A DNA stretch of 59,901 bases, filler included, from Rhabdomonas costata (Eukaryota): NCBI GenBank assembly GCA_019059605.1. It is 11 parts of 11 records of this genome, joined end to end, with 100 filler letters (N's around TTAATTAATTAA, not from the genome) between each part and the next. Parts side by side here need not be neighbours in the genome. Positions count along the whole stretch, not along the records: positions 1 to 5,377 come from JAHMHO010000071.1; positions 5,478 to 11,005 come from JAHMHO010000072.1; positions 11,106 to 16,505 come from JAHMHO010000073.1; 8 more parts are not named here. One strand, 5' to 3'. The notes under the pieces are model-generated. The model was not told where the DNA came from, ran no database searches, and saw only the letters and a list, made by a program, of their open reading frames with translations. Below, piece by piece: positions 1 through 12,164 of the stretch (position 1 is the first letter of the stretch; every line of letters begins with the position of its first letter). The position numbers were made by a program, and so were the translations under genes.

Positions 1-94
1 GGGGGGGTGGGGGGGGTACCAGCTCAGTGATGACCCCCTCTCACCCAAACGAACAAAATCGTCCGATTGCGTCTCCTTTTTTTTTCTGTTGCAG

Positions 95-3000
95 TGTGCA
101 ACATCACTGTCCTCGGGGGGCGTTGGCCACATTCTGGTATCAATGGCGAGTATATCCCGTGTGGCCTGCAGAAATTCCGCCCGCAGTACTGCCAAATCCC
201 CTGGAGACTGTCGTTCGTTTCCGACGGGCAGTGGCAGATCTCTCGTGATTGGGACCTTGAGGCTTTTTACCGGAGCACTGTAGCCACCCCTGACCTTCTG
301 AGCGCGTCGTGGCATGTGGTCAGTGGCCGGTGGTGGGGGTCTTATGTGGACCCCAATATAAGAACGACCTGCTCTGGTCTTTTTTTTTTGGAGCTTTGGT
401 GTGATAGATATGCGGTGTCTTTGCCCAAACCATTTCTTACCAAAACTCGAAGAATCTCAAGAAATTTCGACTATTATGAGAATTTTTAAAATTCGAATTT
501 TGGAAGATGCCAAGACAAAATTCTGCAAAGGTCTGCAAAGCTTACTTCAAATTAAAAGAGTGAGTTTAGTCCGCTCTGCCAAAGACATTCCTTTCCGCGA
601 GCCCAACGGAACGAGATCAGCAAGCAAATAGCTTCATCGGTTTTGCTAATCCCATAAATCCTTGGTATTACCGACTTTACGGCAATGTCATTGTGTTTTT
701 TGAGAGCAAAAGGGGACGTCGTCAGTCAAAAGAAACCTGCACATGACCACAGCAGCAAATTGTATCATGAACAGTTGGTTTCTGTCCCCTGTCCACGCAC
801 AATAACTCTACAAATACAGGTCACCTGTTTCCCGCTCGTATCGTACTTCTCACGTAAGTTACCTTCGTGTAAATTCCTTGAGCTACGGGTGGGGTGAATT
901 CCCTTGCGCAGAGCAACCTCGGGATGCTTTGCTGAAGTTCAGCCGGAGGCTTTCTTCCTGCGATCTCTCTTCATGGACCTTTTCCAGCACTACCCCGTGC
1001 GGCGGGAAATGGGTGGGGGTCTCCTGTGACACCAATGACCTTGTGGTGGGCCTGGACCTCTCCGGGATGAATTGCTCTGGGTTTTTGAATGATTTCGGGC
1101 TCATCCTGCTGAGCGCGCTGCCTCTTCAAGTGCTAGACCTCAGCGGGAACAGTTTGCAAGGCCTTTTGTATGTGAGCTTTTTGCCGCAGACACTGCAAAC
1201 GTTTTCCATTTCTGGCAATCGTTTCCTGACGGGCAGCGTTGACCTGACCGTTCTGCCTCCCCAGCTGGAGACCTTGGACCTGAGCCATTGCTCCTTCTCT
1301 GGTTCTGTGGAACTCAACCATATCCCTACGTCGCTGCGTACCCTAAATCTGTCTTCCAATATGTTCACGGAGGTGCAGGGTTTTTCCTACCTTCCTTCGG
1401 GCCTGCAATTGCAAACGCTTGACCTCAGCAACAATGCAGTGGAGGGGAGTATCTTGGTTGTTCAGCTTCCCCTTTCGCTCAGCTACGCCGATTTTTCTTC
1501 GAACTCCCTGACCTGGAAGCTGGGCGAGGGTGCCCGCTGGATGAAGCGCTTGAGCTACCTTGACCTCAGCGGGAACCCGTGCAGTGAAGCCTTTGACGGC
1601 AATCTCTTCCCTTCATCCCTGCACGACCTTCGATTGTCGGGGTGCTATCGTGGTGGTGAACTGGACCTGACCTCTCTTCGGGTCATGCTCACGCATCTCG
1701 ATCTCGGAAAGAATGGATTCCGGTGCAATGCACGAGGGCTTGACCTAACCCGCCTTCCCGGTAACCTGGAGTGGCTCTCGCTTCGCTTCAATTCCTTCAG
1801 CTCTACTGCGGACCTAACCAATCTCCCTCCAAAGCTCTCCTTTCTAGACCTCAGCTACAACGAGCTCTTCGGGACTGTGGACCTCTCCTATCTTCCAAAT
1901 AAGCTCATGGAACTGCATCTGGACACCAATAACTTCACTGGGAACCCAAACCTGAGCTCACTTCCCGATACCCTTAGCGCGCTCTCCGGCTCCTTCAACA
2001 GGTGGAATGGCACTCTGGACCTGAGCGCTGCTCCTTTCTCGCTGCACTCGGTGGACTTCTCGCACTGCCAGTTCACTCGGCTTGTTCTATCGGAGCTTAT
2101 CCTTTTCGGCTCGGGAGAGATGAAGATGGATCTTTCGCACAATCCCTACGTCTGCCCGTTGCCTCCTATTCCAGTCTGGGTAAAGATCACTGATGTCTGT
2201 GAAGGTATTTTATCTTTTGATTGTTAAGGAAAGAAGGACGCACAAATGGTGTACTGTGAGTAGGAGAGTGCGTCTTCGCAAATTGAGTGGGAGAAATTGG
2301 GTGTTTGCAAGGCGACTTTATGATACGAGTTAGTTCTGGCAACGCCTTGGAATGTATTGCGAAGACATTCCTTCCTCAAACCGTGCGCAGGATGTTTTCG
2401 ATCCTGGACACGAATACGGAATGCCGAGTCGGGTGTCTTTCCTGTCCTGGTTGGCTCCTTGCGGGTTGGGATCGTATCAGTGGAAGTGCCTTTAGCTGCA
2501 TCTTGTCTTTTGCATGTCCCGCGCGTCCGGGAGGCTTCCGTTCCTGCAGTGCCTTTCCAATTCCAAGTTTGCTGTCCTCAGAAATCGACCCGCTTGCTGT
2601 TGCGGGGCAGCAGCTGCGGTACTTCGTCTCCATGCTGGTTGGGTGCGACTCGGTGACCATTTCCTGGGCGCTTGGGTATGGCCAAAGAGCCCCTCCGTCC
2701 CTTCGCCTTTCCTTTTGTGCGCTGTTTGCAAAGGTGCCGACTATCACCCCCAGGACGTAGCAGTTGCCACCCCAAAGGCAAGATTTACCTCCCCCTAGAT
2801 GTGCTCAGTTCTTCATCTTCTGGCTAAATTCCTGGCGTGCAAGCTTTGCTTGCACGTAGCTGGGTGTATGTGATGGGTCAAGGGTTCTTGCAGTTGCCAT
2901 TTACACCTTTGCCGATGCTAGTTAGCTTGCCTTTTCGCCTTGTTTTTTTTTACTTGCGCATCAGTTCAGTCAGGCATGTTGTGGTGTGTTGCCTTTTTGT

Positions 3001-4139
3001 ACTTTCACTGCCTATTCATCCATTTCTCTGAGTCCCATCGATCAATCCGTCCCTCTCCTAATTTCTCCAGTGCTCAGAGCAGAGTCTCACTTCTTCAGTG
3101 CCTACGCTTGCGACACGGGCCCCTGTGCTCCCCGCTCTTCATCCTAGACACTAGATTCGTTCGCTCTTCCAATCGTACGCAACTCTGCCCACCATAGGCA
3201 TCTTCTTTTGCTTTTCAAAGCAACCTGTTCAAAGCAAACAGTTGTCAACGGCCATGGCAGCTGTTCTGTTTGCTTTTGGAATCCTCAGATACCCTTGCGA
3301 GCAGCCCTGGTTGGGTCTGATTTGTGGCCCTGGACCGTCCGGAGCAGTCGTCCCCACTGAGCTGTACCTTTCGGCTCCCATTTGCGCGCTGTCTGCCGCG
3401 CTGCCCTCCTCCGCTACCTCCCCGCTGAACTTCAGTGCGCTCGCTACACTTCCTCTTCTCTCGCTCCGCTTGGAGTCTGATCTGTTCGGCGGGACTGTCC
3501 CACTGGATCAATTGCCCCACACCCTAAAGGTTGTTCTCCCTGCGATATAACACCATTCATTCAAGAGTTTTCCCTTAGGTCAGCCTGACCTGTGACGTTG
3601 ATAGGCGAAGTGGCCGAAACCTCGTCTTGGGGTGCTCGTCTCCGCACCTGCAATTTTTGGGGTTGTGCAACCCTGGCTCCAGGGGAGGGGGGCGGTTCGC
3701 GGCTTGGGTTTCTTCCAAATCTCGGCATTTTGTCGCCGGGTGTTCCTCAGGACTCCGTGTTTGGGTATGGAACAGGAGCTGACTCTGCAGGGCTGCCGCT
3801 TCACGGGCACCGTGGACCTCAGCCACGCCCCGGCGGGATTGCAAACGCTGTCGTTGGCGGACAACGCCTTCACGGGCACCCCCAACCTCACCGCACTGCC
3901 CTTCTCGGCGGTGGCAGTGAGTCTCAGCAGGAACCACTTCAACGGCACTGTGGTGCTTTCTGGGCTTCCGCCTAACCTCACAGTGCTTAGCCTGTCATGG
4001 AACCAGCTGACTGGTCTTGTGGTGGGGAACGACACTGCGGGTGTGTTCGCGAGGAACAATCTCAGTCTAGACCTTTTTGGCAACCCCGGTTTGGCCTGTC
4101 CTGTGGAGCCGCCATCGTGGGTCGCGATACCCTGCACTG
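95..4139 (+). CDS. Partial multi-exon extracellular leucine-rich-repeat protein with at least two capped LRR modules
   Basis: Frame-compatible GT-AG exons at 95-376, 912-2204, 2582-2675, 3289-3529 and 3776-4139. The last donor is a possible GC (GCATGT); alternatively the frame reads on to the stop at 4372. N-caps are DALLKF...SW...PCGGKWVGVSC and ...ISWALGYPCEQPWLGLIC. There are many LxxLDLSxNxxxG repeats. C-caps are NPYVCPLP and NPGLACPV. Confidence 0.85.
703..748. repeat. Short dispersed repeat, second copy at 33372-33418
   Basis: AGAGCAAAAGGGGACGTC(G/T)TCAGT...AAACCTGCACATGACC occurs in non-coding sequence of two different contigs. Confidence 0.75.
2779..3540 (+). repeat. Direct duplication of about 760 bp, copy 1 (intron plus LRR exon 3289-3529)
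   Basis: Begins CAAGATTTACCTCCCCCTAGATGTGCTCAG and aligns along its length with 4615-5368. Confidence 0.95.
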
Positions 4140-4614
4140 GCATGTTACCTCCTCTTGCTCCTTGGCGATTTCCCTTGACGATACGCGGTAAGGTATGGTG
4201 GCAATGCCCAGTGTATGGTTCAGCAAAGCATGCCGTGGTATTCGCGCTTGCGTTTTTTTGCACGAGTTCTATGTTGTGTGTATCCATCGGAGAGGCAGGC
4301 CCCAGGAGATGGTATATAGAAGCCTGCGATGGCTCCCCTCCCCACACAGACACGCACACACCCGGTGTTTAATGGCCGACCCGACGAAGAATATCGGTAT
4401 CAAAACTTTCTGGCGAAGCCGTTTCGTTACGGTTCCTTTTTCGGGACCACTCAACAAGGGTGAACTTGTTCATTGACCCCCCCCCCTTGTAATGGAGAGC
4501 GAAAATACAGCAGAGGAATCAGCTTCTTCTTCTTCTTTCTGTTTCTCTTTTTTGGTGATGGAATCTCACCCTCACTTGGGGGTGGTAAACAGCCCATTGC
4601 GAGTGGTTCTTCCA

Positions 4615-5368
4615 CAAGATTTACCTCCCCCTAGATGTGCTCAGTTCGTCATCTTCTAGCAAAGTTCCTGGCGTGCATGCTTTGCTTGCACGGAGCTGGG
4701 TGTATGTGATGGGTCAGGGGTTCTTGCAGTTGCCATTTACCCCTTTTGCCGATGCTAGTTAGCTTGCCTTTTTGCCACTCAGTGAGTTTTTTCTTTGCGC
4801 ATCAGTTCAGTCAGGTGTGTTGCGGTGGGTTGCCTTTTTGTACTTCCACTGCCTATTCATCCATTTCTCGGAGGCTTCAATCAATCCGTCCCTCTCCTAA
4901 TTTCACTAGTGCTCAGAGCAGAGTCTCACTTCTTCAGTGCCAACTCTGGCGTCACGGGCCCCTGTGCTCTCCGCTCTTCATCCTAGACACTAGATTCGTT
5001 CGCTCTCCCAATCGTACACACCTCAGCCCACCGTACGCATATTCTTTTCCTTTTCGAAGCAACTACAATTGTCAACGGCCCTGGCAGCTGTTCTGGTTTA
5101 CTTTTGGAATCCTCAGATACCCTTGCGAGCAGCCCTGGGTGGGTCTGATTTGCGGTCCTGGACCGTCCGGAGCAGTCGTCCCCACTGAGCTGTACCTTTT
5201 GGCTCCCATTTGCGCGCCGTCTGCCGCGCTGCCCTCCTCCGCTCCCTCCCCGCTGAACTTCAGTGCCCTCGCTACACTTCCTCTTCTCTCGCTCCGCTTG
5301 GAGTCTGATCTGTTCGGCAGGACTGTCCCACTGGAGCAACTGCCCCACACCCTAAAGGTTGTTCTCCC
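4615..5368 (+). repeat. Direct duplication copy 2, carrying a duplicate 241-nt LRR exon (5117-5357)
   Basis: Same start sequence as copy 1. The exon YPCEQPWVGLIC...LPHTLK keeps its AG/GT borders and differs by scattered substitutions. Confidence 0.95.
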
Positions 5369-5377
5369 CACCAAACC

Positions 5378-5477
5378 NNNNNNNNNNNNNNNNNNNNNNN
5401 NNNNNNNNNNNNNNNNNNNNNTTAATTAATTAANNNNNNNNNNNNNNNNNNNNNNNNNNNNNNNNNNNNNNNNNNNN
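5378..5477. other. Artificial contig linker N44-TTAATTAATTAA-N44; also at 11006-11105, 16506-16605, 21968-22067, 27431-27530, 32893-32992, 38367-38466, 43785-43884, 49184-49283 and 54586-54685
   Basis: Ten identical 100-nt spacers with stop codons in all six frames. Confidence 0.99.
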
Positions 5478-6259
5478 GTTGTGGGGGATCAAGCGCGTTG
5501 AATAAGGCGCCGTGTTGAGGCGTTCGATAATAGCCCTGCCTGAAACTGCGCGTCAGAAGAGAGCACGCTGGAGACGACCGCAAAGGTGTTTCAGTCAGAG
5601 TGCCATGCACGCGTGTCCCCGTGATACGTCTGACCTGAGATAAGATCGATGGATCGGATGGAATGGACGCATCTAGCATCTACGAGACACAGCTGACAGC
5701 AACATACGTGGCTGGTCTGTCAAGCAACCGCTAGATTGGAGGAGAAATGATTACACATTGCAGTCTCAATGGCTTTCGAAGGCGGGGGTACCATTGGCTC
5801 TCTATGGCGTAAGTGGAATCATCATGGGTGCCTATGTGGCTACTCGTCATGGAGGTCTTAATCTTTTTTCGTTGCGCTGATTCTGGGGCTCTTTGCGCTT
5901 AGGATTATTTGTTCTTCCCACTGAGGCAATGGTTGTAATCGCGGTGGAGGCTTTTTTAACAAATTGGATTGCCATTGTCCATTTGGCTTCCATGATATTG
6001 GAGCAAAGTACTGTACTTCCAAACCTCTTCCAAACGGACCGAAATTGGGCAAAGAGAGCTCATATGTCATTCCGTGGCCGAAATTGAGTGAGCAACTAGA
6101 ACCGCGAATGCTCCATGTCTGGTCCAACTCAAGTCAGGCAACGGTATCATGCCGGTTCGCGACATCACCGCTCCTCTGGCATCCGTTATGGACCAGTGCA
6201 TCCAAAGTCCTGTCACCATTGGTAACTCTGACTACTGTGGTGCATTTTAATCTTGATAT

Positions 6260-9200
6260 CTGAAGTTTTAATGTAATTAAGAATGCCATATTTATTTGCA
6301 TCAACTGGTACTGGTTTGTTTTGATTACAACGTTTCTCAGCGTCATCAAGTCTAAAATGATGTGAATGCTTGTTTGTAATGTGTACTAATCCAAAAACAC
6401 GCAACATGCTCGCAAGTGCACTGATATACTTGCGCAAAAAACCACCATGTTGCATGACATTTTTACCAGCAAATATTTGCACTATCCAGTTGCTACAAAG
6501 CCTTAATTATAATAATGTACAGTATAATATACTATTTTTATTTTAAACCACACAAGCCCACGACACACCACCACGTTTTTATACATCCAAACACTTTTGT
6601 CAACTACACCCACACGCGCACTAGTATTCTCTCGGTTTCGAATTAACACATCAACTACTCCACGTGCACCTTAGTTTCAATAGTTCCACACATCCATAAA
6701 AACTTGAAACTTAGCATATATGTATTGTTTACAAAAACTACTAAAGCATTTACAATAAAGCATTAAACACCTTTCCATTTTCACGAGATCTAGAATTATC
6801 GACTCAACCAAAAGCTGAGAAGTCATGGTCATGGGACCATCAGTTGGCACATCAAATGCAAATACCATCAAATACAAATACCATCAAATTTAGTGGTTTG
6901 GTTCTAAACAGCACCCAAACATTTCCTATAATTAGCATTACCAGACAATTGGCATAATGTTTTTTTACAAGATTAGAGTGAAACAATTATGGGACTGCTG
7001 ACCATCAGACATCATCCCTTAATACAAATCTGAACACTAGTGTCGCGCAACTATTTAGATCACACCACACATCACACCACAAACGGAAGTTGACTTGGAA
7101 AAAAGCACTGTGCCGGGTGGACACANNNNNNNNNNNNNNNNNNNNNNNNNNNNNNNNNNNNNNNNNNNNNNNNNNNNNNNNNNNNNNNNNNNNNNNNNNN
7201 NNNNNNNNNNNNNNNNNNNNNNNNNNNNNNNNNNNNNNNNNNNNNNNNNNNNNNNNNNNNNNNNNNNNNNNNNNNNNNNNNNNNNNNNNNNNNAAAGGTG
7301 CATAAAATATACAGAGGCAACATAACACAACTTGCAGTCAATTAATGAAGACATAAAAATCCGCTGAGACAAATATAATCTAACTGACATGCTCTCAAAA
7401 CGCCCCAATCTAAAGAAACATTTACCGAATCAGATTAGAATCTCCTGCGGAATATCAGCACATCAGATGTAGAGCAGAAGCTAAGGGCACTTGGAAGTTA
7501 CCAGAAAGACTGCATTTTACTAATTTACTGCATTTTTACTAGTGATAAGTCATCTGTAAATGCAAAATAGTAGAAAATCTTAAATATCAAACGTGCTGCT
7601 GCTATTTGGGTTTTATACTCATCCAAATGGGATACACTCCAAAAGTTTATATGCACTTCTATGACTAGTGACTTCGATCAAGCTGGTTAAGGATCATCTT
7701 TTTCAAAGTTGTTAATTTTGACCGCATCCGAACAGCCCACAGAGCAACACCACGTTGGCAATCAAATCATCAAATCATCATGCACTTTTATACAAGCAAC
7801 CACATTTGCTTGTTTAGATGTTAGAGCCTACCAGCTGTCATGGGGCCGAGACTGAAGAAAATACAGCTTTGCCGCCTACAGATATGATAGATACCTAACA
7901 CCAGAAGTACTATTTAACGCTGTTTATTTTGTCAACATTGAAGGTCACTTCATCCACAGAAGTCAATGACGTATCACTATTTTTAACCACAAGAGGTCAA
8001 AGCCACACACAATTGGAGCAGAAAATCTGGTTTAATTTCCGGTAAAGCTCTCCAATTTATATTTTCGTGATTTTCTTGTTTCATACTATGTAAACAGTTC
8101 TATTTAGAAATCAATGGCTGAATGTATCTACATGAATAAGAACTTACTCACTAGACAAATATATGCATCCTGTGAACGGAAACATGGTGCCATGGTGACT
8201 CTTACGTACAATATGTTATACTTATTTGAGATTTATACACTGTGGCTATCTTGAACCTGATTTAAAGTCATTTAATGATGATTATCATCTACTACTTTCT
8301 TTTTTATTTACGAGCTCAAGATAATTGGTCAACCAGCCTGTTTACCGTTTATCAACTGGTCCAGCATTACACTGTACATGACCAGTCGTCACCGATCTGA
8401 GGTACAATTTATTTGACTATGTGGGGACAATCATTGCGAACACAGTTGTGATTGCAAGACAAGATCTTCTACCAAATAACACCACAATGCAACATCCGGT
8501 TGTAAGTCACTTGGTGATCAGTATAGAGGCCAATTAACAACTTAAATTCAGAAAAATGCAATTGACGGGTTTTATAGACGTTAATTCCTGTGATATTTCA
8601 TTACAAGCATGAAGAATTTGTGGACAAAATGAAGATCACAACTTGTAAATAGAAATCAATTAAAATGAATTTATAGTCAAGCTGCACATATTAAACAAAT
8701 ACTGAAGACTTGTAATTCAGATTTGACTGTTAACGAAAATGGCTAAGAATCAAATATGGCTATCCACTCTTCCGAGCAATATTGGGAAACGGAATCCCAC
8801 TGTCAGTTATTTCTGATTAGACTCTTGATTTGCGTTATTTTTTGTTAAACACTTTGTTTGCACACAAACATTTCCCGATTTGAATCCCATTTTTGCAATT
8901 CAAGAAGAGTTATCACAAGTTACTTGCTAAAGCGTTGCTTTTGCTACCACTTGTATCGTATGCGTGTTCAAAATTTGCTCTAATGAGACAATCTAAGTGC
9001 TGAATACATTGGCCATTGCACATTCAAGCTGACATTTTTTGAAGAAAAATTCACTATTCGAAGTTTTCGTAATTATTTTTATTCACACCATAACCGCTGA
9101 TAAATAGCAGTATTGTGAATGTAAACAGGATAGATTGTACACCCATGCAAATGATTGACCTAAAAATCAATGTACGGAGGTGGATTATTGGGCTAAACGT

Positions 9201-9370
9201 TGCACACTGGCCCTTTGACCGCTGTAGACTCCAACAATTTAAAACAGCAGATGTTAAACAGCGTCCTGTGCACGACACGTTCGGAGCACGACAATGATCA
9301 GCATGGTACAAGAGACGTTTTTTTGCTGCATTAGTCAAGAGCTCCTAACGGACTGAAAGTTGCAAGATGA
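6260..9370. other. AT-rich, ORF-poor region with an internal N gap (7126-7293); possibly a decayed foreign or mobile sequence
   Basis: Visibly more AT-rich than the genic contigs, with no ORF of 60 aa or more between 7408 and 9054. Confidence 0.4.
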
Positions 9371-11105
9371 ATTTTAAATTCCGAGTACCCGAGCCAGAAA
9401 ATTTGTTAAGGTTTGGATTTTTCTGCTCCCATCAGTTTTTTCAAACCAACAAACGGGCTTTTGGAAAGGCGGGTTTTGAAAGCGCGGCATTGGCGACAAA
9501 AAGATTTGAAAGAATTTGAGAAGATCCCATGAGACACAACGGCACGCGGAACTACGCCAATTCGTCCAATTCGCCTGGATTTCGACGTGCCAGCGCTTTG
9601 CCGCGCGCAAAGACAGGACTTCCCCGAATCACCGTTCATAAGCGGTTGCGGCGTGGGCTTGTGATGTTCCAAGAGGGTAAGTCGTTGGTCAAATGTGCTG
9701 TTAAAAGCAGAAATACGGTATGGGTATATGGAATTTTTGGGTTCGGAGCTAAAATGATTGCTCCGAAATAGCAACCGCCTACGGTCCGAGGGTATGCAGG
9801 GACATTCCTTGGTCAAAGCGGGTGGACCTCGTCCAAGTCCAAGTCCAAGTAGACAGTTTGCCAGGGTTCAAGTCACCCCGGTACCTTTTGAGAAGTGAAC
9901 TTGTTTCAGCATGGCGCGGCGGGTCCCGTCCGGTCTATGGCAGCTCTTCCGGTGGGGGTGCTTTCCCCTCGGGGCCCTGGGTCAGCGGACCACCGTCCGT
10001 TGGATTTTCCACATGGGGTTGCATTTGTCCAGCCAGACCCGTCCCCATGTGCACTCGCGAACCGGTCTTGCTGAGGCCATCGGCAAACCCTCTCGGCGAA
10101 CCTTCTCGGGGGTCGCCGCTGTGCACGTTGACGGGCTACCGCGTTGCCGGGAACCACGTTTACAACACAATTGTCAACCTTACCTGAATTGTTCTTTTTT
10201 GTCGGCAACCCATACAAATCCCCAGCATTAGATTCCTCGCGTTTCGAGTACCCACCACAGTTCTGCTCTTGAAATTCTTTGAGCGCACCGATCCAAAGCC
10301 CCCCTTTGCTCTGGACAACACACAACCAAACTGCACTGTAACCCTTTCGATCTAGTCCAGCTTAGGTGCACGTTCCAAGATCGCACTCTCCTGCTGTTTC
10401 TCTTCCGCTTCCTCGGCCTCAGCCGCAGGCCCAGCCCCTCTGTGGCGCGACCGGGCCTTCCCTCGGGAGTGTGGCCTAGTGGTGGTCGCCATGTCCCACA
10501 GCCGCACCACACCCGCGGAGGCCCCTGCCAAGGCAACGGCAGCCAAGCAGTAAGGTCATTTGAGCTCTACCGCGTGAAGATTGAGGTGCTGTTTCGGCTT
10601 TTTTCTTTTGCAATGGGTGGATATCTTTAACCTACTCGTTTAATGAGCACGCATACGTGCAAGTCCTTCTCACGGGTGGTTAGGGCGGTCACAATCTGTC
10701 TTTCAACCCACTTAATAATTAAATCCGCCTATTTAAGGACGGAAAACAGTATATCTGACCATATTTTGAGTAAAAAAAAGTATCTGAGTGAGTTTAGGGG
10801 TAATTGACACCGCTCACCTAACTCCAGTGCAAAAATAACACCACCAAAAAGTGACGGGTATGGTCGTTAAGCACTGCTGACCAGAGCCTCACAGCTATGT
10901 GAAACATTTCAACCGATTCGCCCGCTCCTGCCGAGCCGCGGACTGACCTCCCCAAAAAAACGTGTCTGTCCAAGCCCAGCAATTTTTGAATTTGCAAAAC
11001 CCAACNNNNNNNNNNNNNNNNNNNNNNNNNNNNNNNNNNNNNNNNNNNNTTAATTAATTAANNNNNNNNNNNNNNNNNNNNNNNNNNNNNNNNNNNNNNN
11101 NNNNN

Positions 11106-12164
11106 CCTGTGCTTCACTCCAAAGTGGACTGTTTGTGTTCTGAGATTTTTCCAGGCTTGATGAGATTTTTGTTGGAGATGCACCAGCATTTTGAGATACT
11201 GCTTTACACTTTCTCGACAAGACCTTAAGCAGAGCAACTTGCCAATGCGATTGTTGCCCTCGTCCCAGATGGACATCAGGTAAGCCTCTGGTTAGTTCGA
11301 TGTTGTACCGCTCTGCAATTTTATGAATTTGGTATTCAGTATGGGCGCTTCTTTGGTGGGGGTCTTGCAGCTCCGCTTTCGGACCCTTTTGACCAGAAAC
11401 GAGTGCTTGGACAAGTGCCGCAAAAGCCTTCAGGAGCTGTTTCCTGTTCAGTCCATGGTGCTTGCTATAGACGACAACAAGGGCGCGGTTTGGGCCGAGA
11501 AGGACAATTTGATAAAGGTGATGTTTGTAAATCTTTGTGTTTTAATGTCAGCTTATTCAAGAAAACCAAAAATTACATTTTCGGATAGATGGTACTGTTT
11601 CTTGGAGCCAGTAAATGACCGTTTCCTGTTTGATTGTGATTTTTATGTTCGATATATTTGCTTAGCAAATATTAGAAACGGTTGGCAGCGTCACTTTTAT
11701 GGCTGCGGACTGAGAGACTGAAGGGTCGGTGGGCTCTCGGCCAGGTACCCCCGTATTATTATTTTGGTAAGAAAGCTCGTGGCTCTGCAGACGACTGCCA
11801 CCTTTCCTCTCTCGCGGTGTTCTTGAAGAAGCTGCACCAGATTTTCTTTGAGCAGGTGGAGTTTTATGTTCTTATTGCCGATGCTTAATGTTTTTGGGTT
11901 TGGGTTTTGTCACGTTGATTATTACCGGCTCTTTGGATTGTTCCGCGTCCTCTCCAAACCCAGCAGACCTGTGAGATCCGCGTGCTGCTTTTCAAGCTGC
12001 GGGAGATGGCTGCTCTGCAATGCCCTCAGGACATGCTCTCGATTGAGCAGGAATGGGAGCGGAAGCGGAAGCGCCGACGGGAGAAAGCCAGACGAAAGCA
12101 GGAAAGGGCCCGCAGGGAGGCCGAGAGAGTTATGGTGTGCCACCGTGAGTTCCGGGTAGATTAG
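11106..12164 (+). pseudogene. FCP1/CPL-like HAD CTD-phosphatase, partial, with an in-frame TAA
   Basis: Exons 11106-11279, 11371-11517, 11745-11855 and about 11967-12164 (GT-AG) give PGLMRFLLEMHQHFEILLYTFSTRP*AEQ...LTRNEC...KSLQELFPVQSMVLAIDD...VWAEKDNLIKVPPYYYF...DDCHL. This matches the FCP1 phosphatase domain. The TAA is at 11226-11228; the DxDxT motif lies off-contig. Confidence 0.7.

Noticed and set aside
5422-5433. Regularly spaced TTAATTAATTAA palindromes as a biological repeat or CRISPR-like array
   Set aside because: They are always embedded in N44 runs and are an artificial contig separator.
9810-9890. tRNA or Pol III gene (A-box-like TGGTCAAAGCGG, B-box-like GGTTCAAGTC, then TTTT)
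   Set aside because: No cloverleaf can be folded and a (GTCCAA)3 repeat interrupts it. At most it is a SINE/LINE end, which cannot be supported without other copies.
10352-10546. WD40-like fragment (LAGASAGVVRLWDM)
   Set aside because: A single short motif with no further repeats or exon support.
11226-11228. Stop-codon reassignment (Blastocrithidia-like code)
   Set aside because: There are no in-frame stops in the eIF4A, POLE, ALIX, IDH, ChAPs or Cys-rich exons, and the RING and IDH genes end at ordinary stops. One TAA at a Tyr position is better explained by mutation or error.
11768-11790. Tiny GTAAG...CAG intron in the FCP1-like exon
   Set aside because: Read-through is open (GKKARGSA) and keeps the frame into DDCHL, so no splicing is needed.
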